A program made the position numbers and the translations under genes. A stretch of 63,553 nucleotides of DNA, the filler included. It is 11 parts of 11 records of this genome, joined end to end, with 100 filler letters (N's around TTAATTAATTAA, not from the genome) between each part and the next. Parts side by side here need not be neighbours in the genome. Positions count along the whole stretch, not along the records: positions 23,121 to 28,741 come from SRR7504441_21154; positions 28,842 to 32,118 come from SRR7504441_21156; positions 32,219 to 38,984 come from SRR7504441_21165; 8 more parts are not named here. One strand, given 5' to 3'. Position 1 is the first letter of the stretch. Every line of letters starts with the position of its first letter. Shown here in pieces: positions 23,258-35,200 of this stretch. Below the pieces are notes generated by a model. That model worked only from the letters and a program-made list of their open reading frames with translations, was not told the DNA's origin and ran no database searches.

Positions 23258-24499
23258 ATGACGGGTGCCGTGCTGGCTGCTGCAGCGCGCAGCGCTCGGC
23301 GCTTCCCTCTGTCGGACCGTGCCGCCGCGCTGGCTGGCTCTGGAGGTGCCGCCGCCCGGGTCTGGGAAGAGGTCCGGAAGGCCTCGGCCCAGCCCGGGGT
23401 GATTAATATGGGCCAAGGCTTTCCGGACTTCCCCGGCAGTCCAGTGGCGCGCTCGGTGGCGGCCGAGGCCGTGGCGGCCGGCGAGGCGAGCCTGAACCAG
23501 TACAGCCCGCAGCAGGGCCTCCTCGCCCTCCGGCAGTCGGTCTGCCAATTCTACGAGCGGCGGTACGGCAGGCCGGGCTGGGACGCGGCCTCCGAGGTAG
23601 TGATCACTGCGGGTGCCCAAGAGGCCCTGGCGGCCGCGTTCAGCGCGTTCATCAACCCAGGCGATGAGGTTGTGCTGTTTGAGCCCATGTATCCATTCAT
23701 GCTCGGAGCGCTGCGCCTGGCCGGCGGTATTCCCAGGGTGGTAACTCTACAGCACGAGGACGGCTTCGCGATCGACATGGCCGCGCTGCGCCGGGCTGCG
23801 TCCTCGCCCAGGGCGCGCATGCTGGTGCTCAACTCACCGCACAACCCCACTGGCCACGTGGTGTCCCAGCTGGAGCTCGAGGCAGTGGCCTCAGTGTGCT
23901 GCGAGAATGACCTGATTGCAGTGTCAGACGAAGTCTACGAGCATGCCGTCTTCCCCGGTGCCGGCCGCCGCCACCGCCGGCTGACAGACGTGGAGGGCAT
24001 GCGCGACCGCACTATCACACTCGGATCGGGCGGGAAGCTCTTTGCTCTGACAGGCTGGCGCGTGGCATGGGCGACAGGGCCCGAGCATCTCATAGAGCCG
24101 CTCGGAGCTTCTCACACGCACTTTACATACAGCGCTCCCACGCCACTGCAGGCGGGTGTGGCGGCCGCTCTTGAGGCCGAGGACGGCTTGGCCGAGGTTG
24201 GAACTTTGTTTGGCGGGAACTTTGAGCTGCTGTCTGCCGCACTGATGGAGGGCACAACCGCCACGTCCGTCTGCCCAGCCAGCGGGGGCTACTTCCTTGT
24301 CGCGAGCGTGCCCGGGGCGGACATGGACTGGTGCCGGTCATTGGCGGAGGAGAAAGGAGTAGCTGCCACGCCGGTGTCGGTGTTCTACGCCTCGGACGTA
24401 GACGAAGTGTTTCGAGGTGGGCCGTGCTCGCTGGTGCGGTTCACTGTGTGCAAGTCGCGGGCTTACATAGAGAGAGTCTGCGCCGCCCTAACAACGTAG
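23258..24499 (+). CDS. PLP-dependent class I/II aminotransferase (kynurenine/glutamine/methionine aminotransferase-like)
   Basis: INMGQGFPDF, NQYS, LNSPHNPTG, SDEVYE, GSGGKLFALTGWRV (PLP lysine). Ala/Arg-rich N-terminus resembles a targeting peptide. Confidence 0.92.
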   Translation: MTGAVLAAAARSARRFPLSDRAAALAGSGGAAARVWEEVRKASAQPGVINMGQGFPDFPGSPVARSVAAEAVAAGEASLNQYSPQQGLLALRQSVCQFYERRYGRPGWDAASEVVITAGAQEALAAAFSAFINPGDEVVLFEPMYPFMLGALRLAGGIPRVVTLQHEDGFAIDMAALRRAASSPRARMLVLNSPHNPTGHVVSQLELEAVASVCCENDLIAVSDEVYEHAVFPGAGRRHRRLTDVEGMRDRTITLGSGGKLFALTGWRVAWATGPEHLIEPLGASHTHFTYSAPTPLQAGVAAALEAEDGLAEVGTLFGGNFELLSAALMEGTTATSVCPASGGYFLVASVPGADMDWCRSLAEEKGVAATPVSVFYASDVDEVFRGGPCSLVRFTVCKSRAYIERVCAALTT

Positions 24500-24627
24500 A
24501 ATGCCTACCGTTATTTAAATTCTGATCTTATTTTAGTCTTTCTGTGGTATAGAGCGAGGCCTCGTCGCGCATTCCGTAAAGCTATCCGTATTCCATAAGC
24601 ATTCTGCATAATCTGCACGATTAATAT

Positions 24628-26103
24628 TCATGCTGATTCATGATCAACTCTACTATAGTCATCCGCATCCGTCGCGTCCGAAGAATCGCTGTCGTCCAAA
24701 GAGGTCTTGAATGCAAGGCCGCAAGTGCACACGTGCGCTACAGCCGGCAGAACACACAACCCAACATGATTGAGTAGCGGGGCGATGCACATGCCAGCCA
24801 CAAAGATTGCTACAAATGCGGCCATCTCGCCCAGCATTATGGCCAGTCCTGCGACCAAATACGAATGCCCCGCCGCCACTGTGGCCTGGCCAACATAGAT
24901 CGGCAGCACCAGAAACACGCAGCCACCACCCACTGCAAGCATTGTGTATCCGTATACACAATATGACAAGAGCATGCCAATAAGTCCTGGCAGCCACCAC
25001 AGCAGGAGAGACACTGCCAGCAGTGCAAGCAAAGCCACAGCCGCAGCTAGCGACAGCAAGCCGAGCTCAGGCAGGCCAATTGACATGCCAAGCGACAGTT
25101 CCTCAGAGCCGAGCCGAGCCCGGATCGCCGCCCAGCTGCGGTTGGCATGCCGGGTCACAAACTGGACCCTCCCGGCTGCCCGGCTGAATACACTCACCAG
25201 CCGCATATGGCGTGCCTGCTCGACAACTGGCGGCTGGATGCTCACTATCAGCACGAGCAGCAGGCAGCCGAGCCCTGACAGCCCGCTGACCACTCCCTCA
25301 GCCTCCCCTATCCCATCCATACTCAACACACGCGGGGCTGGCAGCTTGTCAGGCTCGGTGGTCCCAGCAACAACCAGAGCCAGCACCGACCGGGGCCAGC
25401 TCGGGTCAGCCCAGTGGGCTCTCCAGGGCGGCTGGCCTGAGCGAAACATGCACTCGGCACACCGCAGCACCATGACCGCAGGCACGAGCAGCACCGTGCT
25501 TAAGAACCGCTGAGCCACCGAACTGGCCAGCACCGCCAGGCTGGAAAGCCTGAACCGCAGCTCCCGGTCCGCGTCCGCCCGAACGAGGCCGAAGTACCCC
25601 GCGGCCGCCACGAGCCCCAGCCAGACCAGTGCGCAGCTGTCCATATAGAGCCCCGCCAGCAGGTCCGGCCCCGCCACAAGGTTTAGAAACCCGACGACCG
25701 GCTCGCCCGCCACCCGCAGTGCGAGCACACTCACCGTGCCGGCCAGAAGGTAGAGCTTGCCGGCCCGGGCTGCTAGTTTGCCAGCGGCCCACCCGTCCAG
25801 GGTGAGCACCCCACTCACCAGCGCCAGCGCGCCGGCCAGCATGTGCATGCACAGTGCGAGGGGCGGGGTGGGGGAATCGGGCACTTGTATAGGTACATAC
25901 GCAGCCCCCACCCCCCGCACGGGTGCTCGCGAGTACCACAACGAGTATCCGGGAAGGTAGCCGGGCCCTGTGGCGAAGATCCATCGGGACACATACACGG
26001 AGAACAGCAGCAGCACAGGGCCCGCCACCTCTGGCACCGACCCCCGAGGCCGGCCGGCCTCGCCGCCGAGCAGGCCGTCGTGCTCCGGATCACTGACACT
26101 CAT
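24628..26103 (-). CDS. Multi-pass membrane protein, DUF2306-like N-terminal region
   Basis: 491-aa ORF with many hydrophobic segments; MHMLAGALALVSG...AGKLYLL pattern. Confidence 0.6.
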   Translation of the reverse strand: MSVSDPEHDGLLGGEAGRPRGSVPEVAGPVLLLFSVYVSRWIFATGPGYLPGYSLWYSRAPVRGVGAAYVPIQVPDSPTPPLALCMHMLAGALALVSGVLTLDGWAAGKLAARAGKLYLLAGTVSVLALRVAGEPVVGFLNLVAGPDLLAGLYMDSCALVWLGLVAAAGYFGLVRADADRELRFRLSSLAVLASSVAQRFLSTVLLVPAVMVLRCAECMFRSGQPPWRAHWADPSWPRSVLALVVAGTTEPDKLPAPRVLSMDGIGEAEGVVSGLSGLGCLLLVLIVSIQPPVVEQARHMRLVSVFSRAAGRVQFVTRHANRSWAAIRARLGSEELSLGMSIGLPELGLLSLAAAVALLALLAVSLLLWWLPGLIGMLLSYCVYGYTMLAVGGGCVFLVLPIYVGQATVAAGHSYLVAGLAIMLGEMAAFVAIFVAGMCIAPLLNHVGLCVLPAVAHVCTCGLAFKTSLDDSDSSDATDADDYSRVDHESA

Positions 26104-26384
26104 CTCGCTTGAACAGGGAGGGTAGATCTAACGGACTTCAGCCTGAGGGCAGTAGCTCCACGGCGTACGAAGACACGAAGAAGGTTGCTGCAAGTTAATC
26201 CACTTGCGGTTCGGAATACTCGTATCGATCTCGACAGACTCTATGTAATCGTTAGATCTTTCATACGGTATCAGACATTTATACCTTGTCTTCCATGATA
26301 TTCTTGGTAATATTTGGGTATACTACGGTTGGATCTAGGTTGGATCTAGGCTTGAGCCCAGCATGATGCAGCACAACGCCACGA

Positions 26385-28481
26385 TCACGCCGCCACCTTG
26401 GGCCGACCTTGCTTTTGCTCGAGAGCGAGCCGCCGCTCTCTCCGAGTCCTGTTGGACTCGCGGCGCTTCAGCGGGATCTGTGTCTCTTTCTCACTCGAGC
26501 TGGCATAGTACTCGCTGAACTCGTGCCTACTGATCTGCTGGTTGCCGTCCATGTCCATTCGCACAAACACGTCCTTCCATCGGGTGCCGTGCGCTCGGAT
26601 CTTGTCCAGCAGCACTGGGTCGAGCCTGCACGCCCTCTTGATCTCACTGTGTGAGAGCACTCCGTTCTTGTCCTTATCAATCGAGTCGAATACCACATCA
26701 GCAGCGTACCGCAGACTAGCATCATGCGCAGCAGCCAGCATCGTGTCGGCCCCCCTCTCGAACTGGGCTTGCTCCACCTGCTCGCTCAGCAGCGCCTGGT
26801 AGAACAGCAGATACCTGACCGCACTGTCAGCCCCAGTCCAGCAGCCAGCTCACTCGTCAAACGTGATCTGCCCGTCCCCATCCGCATCGAGTCTCCCAAA
26901 CAACTCATGATTCTGCTCCGCCGTCCACTGGCCCCGGTGCAGCGCATACGCCACATAGTGCAGCTCTTCCGGGGCTGCCGGCAGTCAGTTGAGCCAGCAA
27001 GGGTTGACACCGAGTTGTCCGTCGCCGTTGAGGTCAAGATTATCAAACACTTTCTTCAGTCGCGCCACCCGATCCCTCTGCTGCTCGACCCCCCCGGCGG
27101 GCGCTGTGGTCGGCGGGGCCGCTGATGGGTCGACTAGCGCGTCGAACACGAGCTGTTTGAGCCCCGCGTTGACTATTTGCTCTTGCCGCAGGCCGTCTGA
27201 ACGGAAGCTCCGCCCGTCCACACGGCGCCAGTCCAACCCAGCGAACCCGAACCCTTGCAGCACCGCCCGGGACACGGCGCAGTTGAACTTGACCGCCTTG
27301 TTGTCACCGTTGGCAACTAGAACAAACCCACTGCCCCAGCCGCTCAATGGCCGCCCCGCTCTAGGCAGGCACCTTGGGCCCTGCTCGGCGCCAGGGCCTT
27401 CAAAGCAGACCATGTACAGCCCACGGAACCCTGCCCCCGCTGCTAGACACAGCCGGCGGCCGGGGCACCGTCGTTGGCGGCCTGGTGGATGAGGAACTTG
27501 TTCGGGCCGCCGGTCGCAACAAACACGCCCAGTCCGGACCGCGCACCCATGAAGTCGATCGCACCCATGTCCACCGGCTCGTCGATCATTGCCCGGGCGG
27601 TGGCCTGGCTGATCGGGCCCGAGCCCAGCCGGTTCTTGTAGGCGAGCGCCAAGTGCCTAAGGAAGCTCGCCAGAGCCCTCGGAGTCCCGTGAGCTGCCAC
27701 AGATCAGTCCGCCCACAGGCACACACACACCGCCGGCAGCGAAACCCGGGAACATCAGCCGACCGTGGCATCCGCCCACAGCCGCGCCGTTATCCAAGTA
27801 GCCGGAGGCCATTGGAATCAGCTGCCCAGCTTCCGCAGTTTGCAGCTCCGACTCCTGAGAGAATGAAAACTCTCCCGTCATCCCGCACTCGGCCAGGAAC
27901 TCGCGGCAGCTGGCCTGGCACGCCGCGCGCGAGCCGGCCATCCGCTCGATGATGTGCTGCAGCACGATGAACCCGCCCCCGGAGTATTCAAATCGCTGGC
28001 CGGGCGGTTTGGCCACCCCGATCGAGGCGTACCCGTGGGCCCCCGCGAGGAGGTCCAGAAGCTCCGGCATTCCGCCCGGGGCCCCGGGGCTGATCCCGAA
28101 CACGTACGGCATCGGGAGCCCGGTGTGGTTCATCAAGTGCCGCACTTGCACCTCGCGCGCCCACTGGGCCGGGGCCTTGTCGGCCGGCCGGAGCCGGAGC
28201 GGCGAGCCGATCGAGGTGAGCAGCTCGTTGACGGGGGTAGTTAGCGGGATCCCGGCCCTGCCGAGCCACTCGATCGCCATGGCCGACCCGACCGTCTTGC
28301 TAAGGCTGCACAGCTGGACCCAGCTTTCGGGCAGCATCGGCTGGCCTCCCGCGGACCGGCAGGCCACCCCGGCGGCCAGGTGGGTGCGGCGGCCGCCGTG
28401 CAGCAGCCCGAGCGTGGCGCCGGCCACCTTGTGCTCGGCCAGCAGCCGATCAAGATCCGTCGCGTCCAGGGCAAAGGGCAT
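26385..28481 (-). CDS. Beta-lactamase-family serine hydrolase fused to four EF-hands, multi-exon
   Basis: SLSK (SxxK), LMNHTG, PGQRFEYSGGG, HQAANDGFRG. The same spliced frame continues to DLNGDGQL, DADGDGQI, DKDKNGVL and DMDGNQQI EF loops. ORF 26985-27413 carries both the hydrolase end and the first EF-hand. Confidence 0.85.
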
Positions 28482-28564
28482 CACGGAGGGTTGCGTGCCG
28501 GGTGCCGTTCAGTTGCCGCTACAAAAATCAAAAAGAAAGAAACAGCAGATCGGGAGGTTACTAC

Positions 28565-28741
28565 ATGCCGGCCGTGGAGAAGAAGCTCCTCTCGCGGGGC
28601 GGGAACTCCGTGCCCATGTCCTCGGGCCAATCGGCCTACCGCAAGCGAATCGAGGAACGCCGGGCCAAGCGAGCCGATCCAGCTGACGGCGACAAGGCCG
28701 ACGACGGGCTGGTAGTGAAGGAGGTGCGCCCCCCCCCCCCC
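28565..28741 (+). CDS. 5' fragment of an unknown gene
   Basis: MPAVEKKLLSRGG...LVVKE, then a GT donor and poly-C at the contig end. Confidence 0.45.
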
Positions 28742-28841
28742 NNNNNNNNNNNNNNNNNNNNNNNNNNNNNNNNNNNNNNNNNNNNTTAATTAATTAANNN
28801 NNNNNNNNNNNNNNNNNNNNNNNNNNNNNNNNNNNNNNNNN

Positions 28842-30594
28842 TTGCCTCTACCTTTGCCCTTGCCCTTACCGTTGTGCTCAATCTTGGGAGCCACTGCTTT
28901 AGGCCTTGGATTGGGCACAAGCGCCTCTGCCTCAGCCCCCTCAACAGGAGGAGGCTTTGGCCGCCTCTTGCGTCGGTTGCGCTTTCTTTTCGGCTTGTCG
29001 TCGCCACCTGCAGCAGCAGCAGCTCGAACCGGAGACCTTTGGTCTTGCTCGTCGGCAGGGGCACAAGGTGCACAACTCAGCATGGGCTGTTTAAATGCTT
29101 CTTGAGCAGCAATCCCGATAAAGTTTTCTTCGCCGTCATCGAATCCAGCACACTTGAGACAGCCGATCACAAATGGAATGATGATGTTGCCCTCGTGGTG
29201 CTCGGAATGGTTTGCCTTCAGATTCTTGGGGTGCGGGATGCCTAACGGACACTTGTCAGGCCCAGGGCAAGGAAAGTCTTTGTCTTGGGATGGTATGCTG
29301 TGGCATCGCTCGCAATAGTGGTTCCAAAGGCAGTCGTAGGTGGCCACATTGCAGCATGAGTCGCACTTGAAGATGGCGTGCTGCGGTCCGTGCTCCATGC
29401 ACCGCCGGTCGTTCTCGTGGCTTAGTTTGGTCCATACACAAGCCTGACAGCGCAGCTCCGCCGGATCCTGATCCAACTCCCTCTCACAATTCACCCTCCC
29501 GCCACAGAAAAGCTCGGTACAGTCCACGCACTTGTAGATTGCGATCGTATCATCGGCCAGCTGCTGCAGCTCATCAGAGCTCGGCTCTCTGCCCAGATCA
29601 TCAGCGAGCTTGCTGACCAGAGCGGCTTCCTCCTCCTCAAGTACTTTGAGCGACAGAGCCTCGGCGGCCTTTTTTAGCACCAGAGCAGGCTCGATCACCG
29701 CACTGAGGTCCGGGTGCACCATCGGCACCCTACACAGAGGACACCCCAAATAGGTGAACACCATCCTCAGCCCCGGAGGCCCTGCCTCGATCTGGCCTTT
29801 GATACAGTCCAAGCAGAACGCGTGTGGGCAGCCCAGCTGAAGCAGCCTGGTGCTCTCCATGCAAATCATGCACTCGCCGGACAGCTCGGTCTGCTCCTTG
29901 TTGGCCTCCATTTTCGGTTCATTCGGTTGCTTTGGTCGGCTTTTGGGCTTTAGCTCATTGCAGGTGACTGCCACCGCCCGCTGCTTGTTGCCTCTGCTCT
30001 CGACTTCGAAATTGACCGACATTCCCTTGCGCAGCCTCTGGAACACCGGCACAGCTGTCACGCCCCCGCCCCCAGCCCTAGCCGGACCTGGCCTTTGGCG
30101 AGCTGCAGCTCCTTCTGGCGGACCAGGAAGGTCGGAGCTCCAACCTCCATGGCCTCAATCACCCCTATCCTGCGCTTGTAGTCAAACCATTTGACCACCT
30201 GGATAGCCCCAAGATCGCCGAGCCGGCCAGCCCGCTAGGTCACCCCCAGTCGGCGCTCCTCAGCCGGCTGGCCCTCCGGAGCGGCCCCGTCCAGCGAGGA
30301 AGCCCGACGAATCAGGGCAGCCACTTGGGCCGGCGAGGCTTCCACCGCCACCCACGGGGCCAACTCGCGGACTAGCAGCTCTGCGGAGTCGTTCAGGGCT
30401 GGCAGACCGGCGGCCGCATCTCGTGGGTCCACCGCCAGCCCGGCGATCCGATCGTGCAGCCGGCCGAGCTTGTTGCGGACTCCCACACGGAACGCGGGCT
30501 GCTGCGAGGCTGCCCGGACCAGGCTCGCAGGGGCAGCTACTGCGTCCTTCCGCCAGTGGCACTCTGGCAGTGAGGCAGCCCGCACAAGGGCCAT
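28842..30594 (-). CDS. Cold-shock domain + RING + MYCBP2-type tandem-cysteine (RING-Cys-relay) E3 ligase, 3'-partial
   Basis: Spliced G|VVKWFDYKRRIGVI...FLVRQKEL...|RLRKGMSVNFEV...AVAVT (CSD). RING CMIC...CPHAFCLDC...CPLC. YKCVDC..FCGGRVNC, CMEHG..FKCDSCCNVATYDCLWNHYCERCH, CPLGIPHP and GCLKC as in the MYCBP2 C-terminus. Confidence 0.88.
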
Positions 30595-30738
30595 TGGTGT
30601 CGCTGTACTGTAAGGCAACCTCTGTCGATAGTGTCGGCCACTCCTGGGAATCTCCAACGGAAGAACGCCCGCCCGCCTCCGGCCCGCGCAGGCCAGCCTT
30701 GACCGGCCGCCTAGGGCGTTGCCCCAGGGGCTGCGGGT

Positions 30739-32118
30739 ATGGAGGGGGAGGACGGCGTGCCGCTGGGGGACGGGGAGCCGCTACTCGTGCGGGAGCTGGC
30801 CAAGAGCGGCCGGACCCGAGCCCTGCTGCTCGGGCCGTCTGGGCTCTGCTGGACCGCCGGCGAGCGCAGCCTGCGCGAGTGGAGCCCCGGCAGCGGGGAC
30901 AACACAAAGAGCGGGCCGCTGGGCGACGGGGAGGTCACTTGCATCGCGCTGATTGCTGGGCGGCTCTGGTGCGGGCTGGCCAACGGTCGGATCGCTGCGT
31001 TCGACGAGCACACCGGGCGCGGGCTGTTTGAGTTGGAGGTGCCCGGGGGCTCGCACCCCGCCTGACCTGGGCAAAGGTGCACTCGGAGCCGATCGGGATG
31101 ATCGGGCTCGGGTTCGGCCAGCTCTGGGCCTCGTCGAGCGCCGACCAGGTGCCGGCAGCAACCGCCCTGGGTGCCAGCTCTGGCCTGCAGGTGGCTGTCC
31201 TCACCCCGGACGGGGACAACACCAAGGTCGAGCGCCGGTTCGGGCTGCCACCGCCGCCAGTGCCCAAGCCGCGCGTGCTGGAGCAGCAGGCCCGTGAGCA
31301 CGGGTTTGTTGAGGCTACGGAGCACGACCAGGTGTGGCTGTGCACCAACGGGTCGGTCTGTGTGCTGCCAAGGGACTGGAACGGGGCGCCTGTTGGGACA
31401 GGGGCCCGGGCGCGGTACCTGCATCGCCCTCGAGCCGGGCAGGACGCGTTCATGAGCTGCGTGTGCCCAGTAGCCACTGGGCAGGAGATCTGGATCGGGC
31501 AGTCGAGCGGAGTGAGTGGGTTCATGCACCGGGAGGCCGGCGGGGCGCTGCTCATGTATCACGCAGCCTCGCACCAGCTGATAGCCACACTCGATCCAGG
31601 GCTGCAGGCGGGAGTGGTCACTCTGGTGAGCACAGGCCCTCTAGTATGGTGCGGGCTCGAGGACGGCTGCATCTGCCTAGTAGATGCCGCCTCACGTGCG
31701 CCGCGGTTCAAATGGCAAGCACACCGCTCGCCGATTGTTTTCCTCAAAGGTTGCTCGCTGGTGCCCCTGGTGATCACTGGCTCTGCTGCCGGCTCGCTCA
31801 GAGTGTGGGACGCCTCGGAGGCTAATCTATCGTGTGCGGACGCAGGGGGGCTCGCAGGTATCCAAATGATTAGCTCACCAGCCGCCTACAACTTAGTAGC
31901 GCTGATCTTGCGTGGGTAGGGCCATCACAGTGCAAACTAGTGACTCCCCCGCGACCGATCCGGGCGTCGGGATCGACAGACTCCTGGGATCTCGAGTCGT
32001 TTGCAGGGCTACAGCAGCTGCTCGATGGTCCGCCGGCCCACTTTCTGAGACTCTGAGCCTTGACCCAGGCGGTGCGATGGCCCCACTTGCAGCTGCATTC
32101 AAAAGCACAGCGGAGGCA
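30739..32118 (+). CDS. WD40-like beta-propeller protein, 3'-partial
   Basis: Repeats LWCGLANGRI, VWCGLEDGCI, AHRSPI, ITGSAAGSLRVWD; short introns. Confidence 0.75.
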
Positions 32119-32218
32119 NNNNNNNNNNNNNNNNNNNNNNNNNNNNNNNNNNNNNNNNNNNNTTAATTAATTAANNNNNNNNNNNNNNNNNNNNNNNNNN
32201 NNNNNNNNNNNNNNNNNN

Positions 32219-35200
32219 CTTTGCAGGGGCTCGGTGTTGAGCGAATGGTAGGTGGCCGGCTTTCGACCAATTCTTCAACTCGGCTATGAATTCTTCCATG
32301 CTCCCTATAATTTACCAGGGGACACAACTAAGCTTCCCCCAGGCATTTTGAGGGACACAAATTGGCCTGCTACTCCCTGGCTCAGGTAGCCAATCGTGAT
32401 CTGCAAATCAGTCGGGCGGGTGCAGGATCTCTGTGCTGTCGTGCAATTTTACCAACAATGTCGGCAAACGGGCGGGAGCCCTTTATATATTGGGTGTCCA
32501 CATTGCTACAATCGAAGGAAACCGGTTTGTTGGCAACATGGGTAGTGAAGCCACTGGAGCGGTGATGGCTCTGCATGGCGCTGGGGTCGCACCTCCTTGG
32601 AGTATCTTCATCGACCCAGGGTCCGCGATTGGGTCGGTTTGGACTGATAAAGATTTGGACCCACCGCTCAAAGCACCACAGCCTGTGGACGGCTTCGGCC
32701 CAAGCATGGGCACCCTCAACACGTTCAAGGACAACATTCTTGAAGGAAACTCTGCTCTTTTGCCTTCGCCGGGAGGTCTGAGCTGGCCGAGCAATATTGA
32801 CTGGTCAGCAGGTGGGGCCGCCATGTTTTGGGAGGGTATGCTCTTCAAGCAGGCAACTGGCTTGCGCTAATCCAGCTGATTGATGCATGCAGAGCGGCAA
32901 CATCTGGCGCAATAACACTGGCCCTGGGAAAGGCGGTGCACTCCAGCACAAGGCCAGTTCAGAGTGGGCTGCGTGGGAGGCATTTGGGGAGTCGGGAGCG
33001 GGGCGGACGAAACTTTTGCTTGCAATGGTGTGGGCATGGCTCAACTCGTTGGCTCAAGAACATGTATACTCAAATCAACAACTTGGCATCCATGATATTT
33101 GGCATTATATCTCTCAAGACACCTTTGAGGACAACAGCCTTTCGGAGTCGCTTAGCCTCGGTGGCGCTGTCCAATTTGAAGGCAAGTGTAATGTGCCCGT
33201 CTTTGACACTCACTTTTTACGCAACGAGGCCTTAGTCGCCGGAGCAGCAGTTGTGTCTCAGAACAGCAAAATCAGCTTCACTAACTGTGTCTTTGAAGAG
33301 AATTTCACTGTCGAACCTGCCCTACTCAGCTCAGGAGGTGCCCTTTTTCTCCCACAGAATGCTTTTTTGAATATAACAGGCTGTCGATTCAGCAACAACA
33401 GAGCAGGGTTATGGGGCGGGGCTGTCCATATTTTGGCAAGTACAAACATATCCTTTGACTCATGTATATTCATTGAAAATAATGTCGCTGATTCAGGCGG
33501 GGGCATATACTCTATGACTCCCGATGGCAATCCCACCTATTTGAAGAAGTGTACCTTTCAACGCAACTACGTGAACGGAGTTGGAGGCCACGGAGGCGGT
33601 GGGGCAATTTCACTCAAAATAGGAGCAACAATCATCGATGATGGGAGCACATTTGAGGGCAACCACGTGAGCCAGGTCGGTGGAGGAGCGATTCAGATGA
33701 GTCAGGAATCCGAAGCAATCCTGACTGGCTCCACCTTCTTTAATAACTCAGCTACTGGCCTTCCTGGAGGCGGCGCAATCTACATGCAGACGGGGTCGCT
33801 GCTAAATGCCACATCGGTGAATTTCACTGCCAATAAAGCGCTCCAAATGCTCAGCACAACTGATGTGGACCCTGCGCTCTCGCAACTGTGCCCGCGCAAA
33901 TCTGGTGCCAACTTAGCAGAAGGTGGCTCCGGAGGACACATCTATGCAAAATGGCTGCAAGTCCCAGCAGCATGCGGACCAATATCGGAGACCCCGGCGA
34001 CAAGAATTAACCTGAACGACTGTGTGCTTGCGAGCTCATCGGCAATGGCGGGCGGGGTATACTGCGACAGCTGCGATCTGAAGATCGCCGGAGGCACCAT
34101 CAAGCAAAACGGTGACCACCGAAATAACGGCGACTATCCCGACAAGTACCCGGTGCCTGCCACCCAGTTTGGCGGTGGCGTGTATGTCAGTAAGGGCGAA
34201 AACACTAAATTTGCCATGCAAAACGTCCAGTGTGAGAACAACATAGCGGAAATCGGTGGCTGTGTGTACTATGAGAACCGCACTCTTGCCGAGAATCCTG
34301 GCGAGTCGATTGGCGACAACTGGAGCACCGACAGCACGTTCCCAGGCTGCAGCTTTACTGGTAACACAGCTACTGGGTACGGCCCAGACTTTGCATCTGA
34401 CATCAATGAGCTGGTGGTTCGCTACCTGGTCACCTTCCGAGCCAACCAGTCAGCCGAGCTACCGCCAGGTACTGTGGCACCTGCTGACCCTTTGGCAAGA
34501 CCAGTGTACATCGTGACCAGCCCGCAAGCAAGTAGTGAGGTTGTTTCGCTGCTCAACATACAGTCCAACAAGAGCTTCTCGGTTGACTACCGGCCTGGAG
34601 TGCCGTTCGATTTCTATCTCCAGCTCCGGGACTACTTCACTCAGATTGCCACTTCTGATTTGACTGGCAGCGGTGTAGTGTCACAGCTTATACCAGACTC
34701 ATCCCGGCAGCCTGGGCTTAAGGCTGCTGGCATGTCCAGTCAAGGATTGACCAACATCTCGAGGGTATACATTGGCGGAGCAGCCGAGTCTGTCTATGAC
34801 TGGAAAATTGAATCAACGTGGTTCAGGCTAAATGGGGGCAAAGTAACAAGAGAGGACTACATGATCAGTAATGTGTCCTCTACTGCGAAACAGTGCCAAG
34901 TGGGCGAGAAGACTACTTACGACGAGGACCCGGTGATGATACAGCGCGCTGCTGCACGGGGCGAGGATTATGTGGCCTTGCAAGTCATCAAGCGATGCAC
35001 ATGGTGCAAGGGCGGTAGCTACCTTGTCACCACCCCGGCCACTGAATGCAAAGAATGCCCCAAGAAAGGCGCTGACTGCGACCGGGGCGGCAACTTGATC
35101 CAGCCCAAAGGCAACTACTGGAGACACTATGATTCGGATTACATTTACAAATGCAAATACACAGGAGCATGTCTCGGGTCCCCAAACAGCGAGGCGGCTA

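Noticed and set aside
27657-28481. Antibiotic-resistance beta-lactamase
   Set aside because: Intron-containing eukaryotic gene of the broad serine hydrolase family; no signal peptide and no KTG motif.
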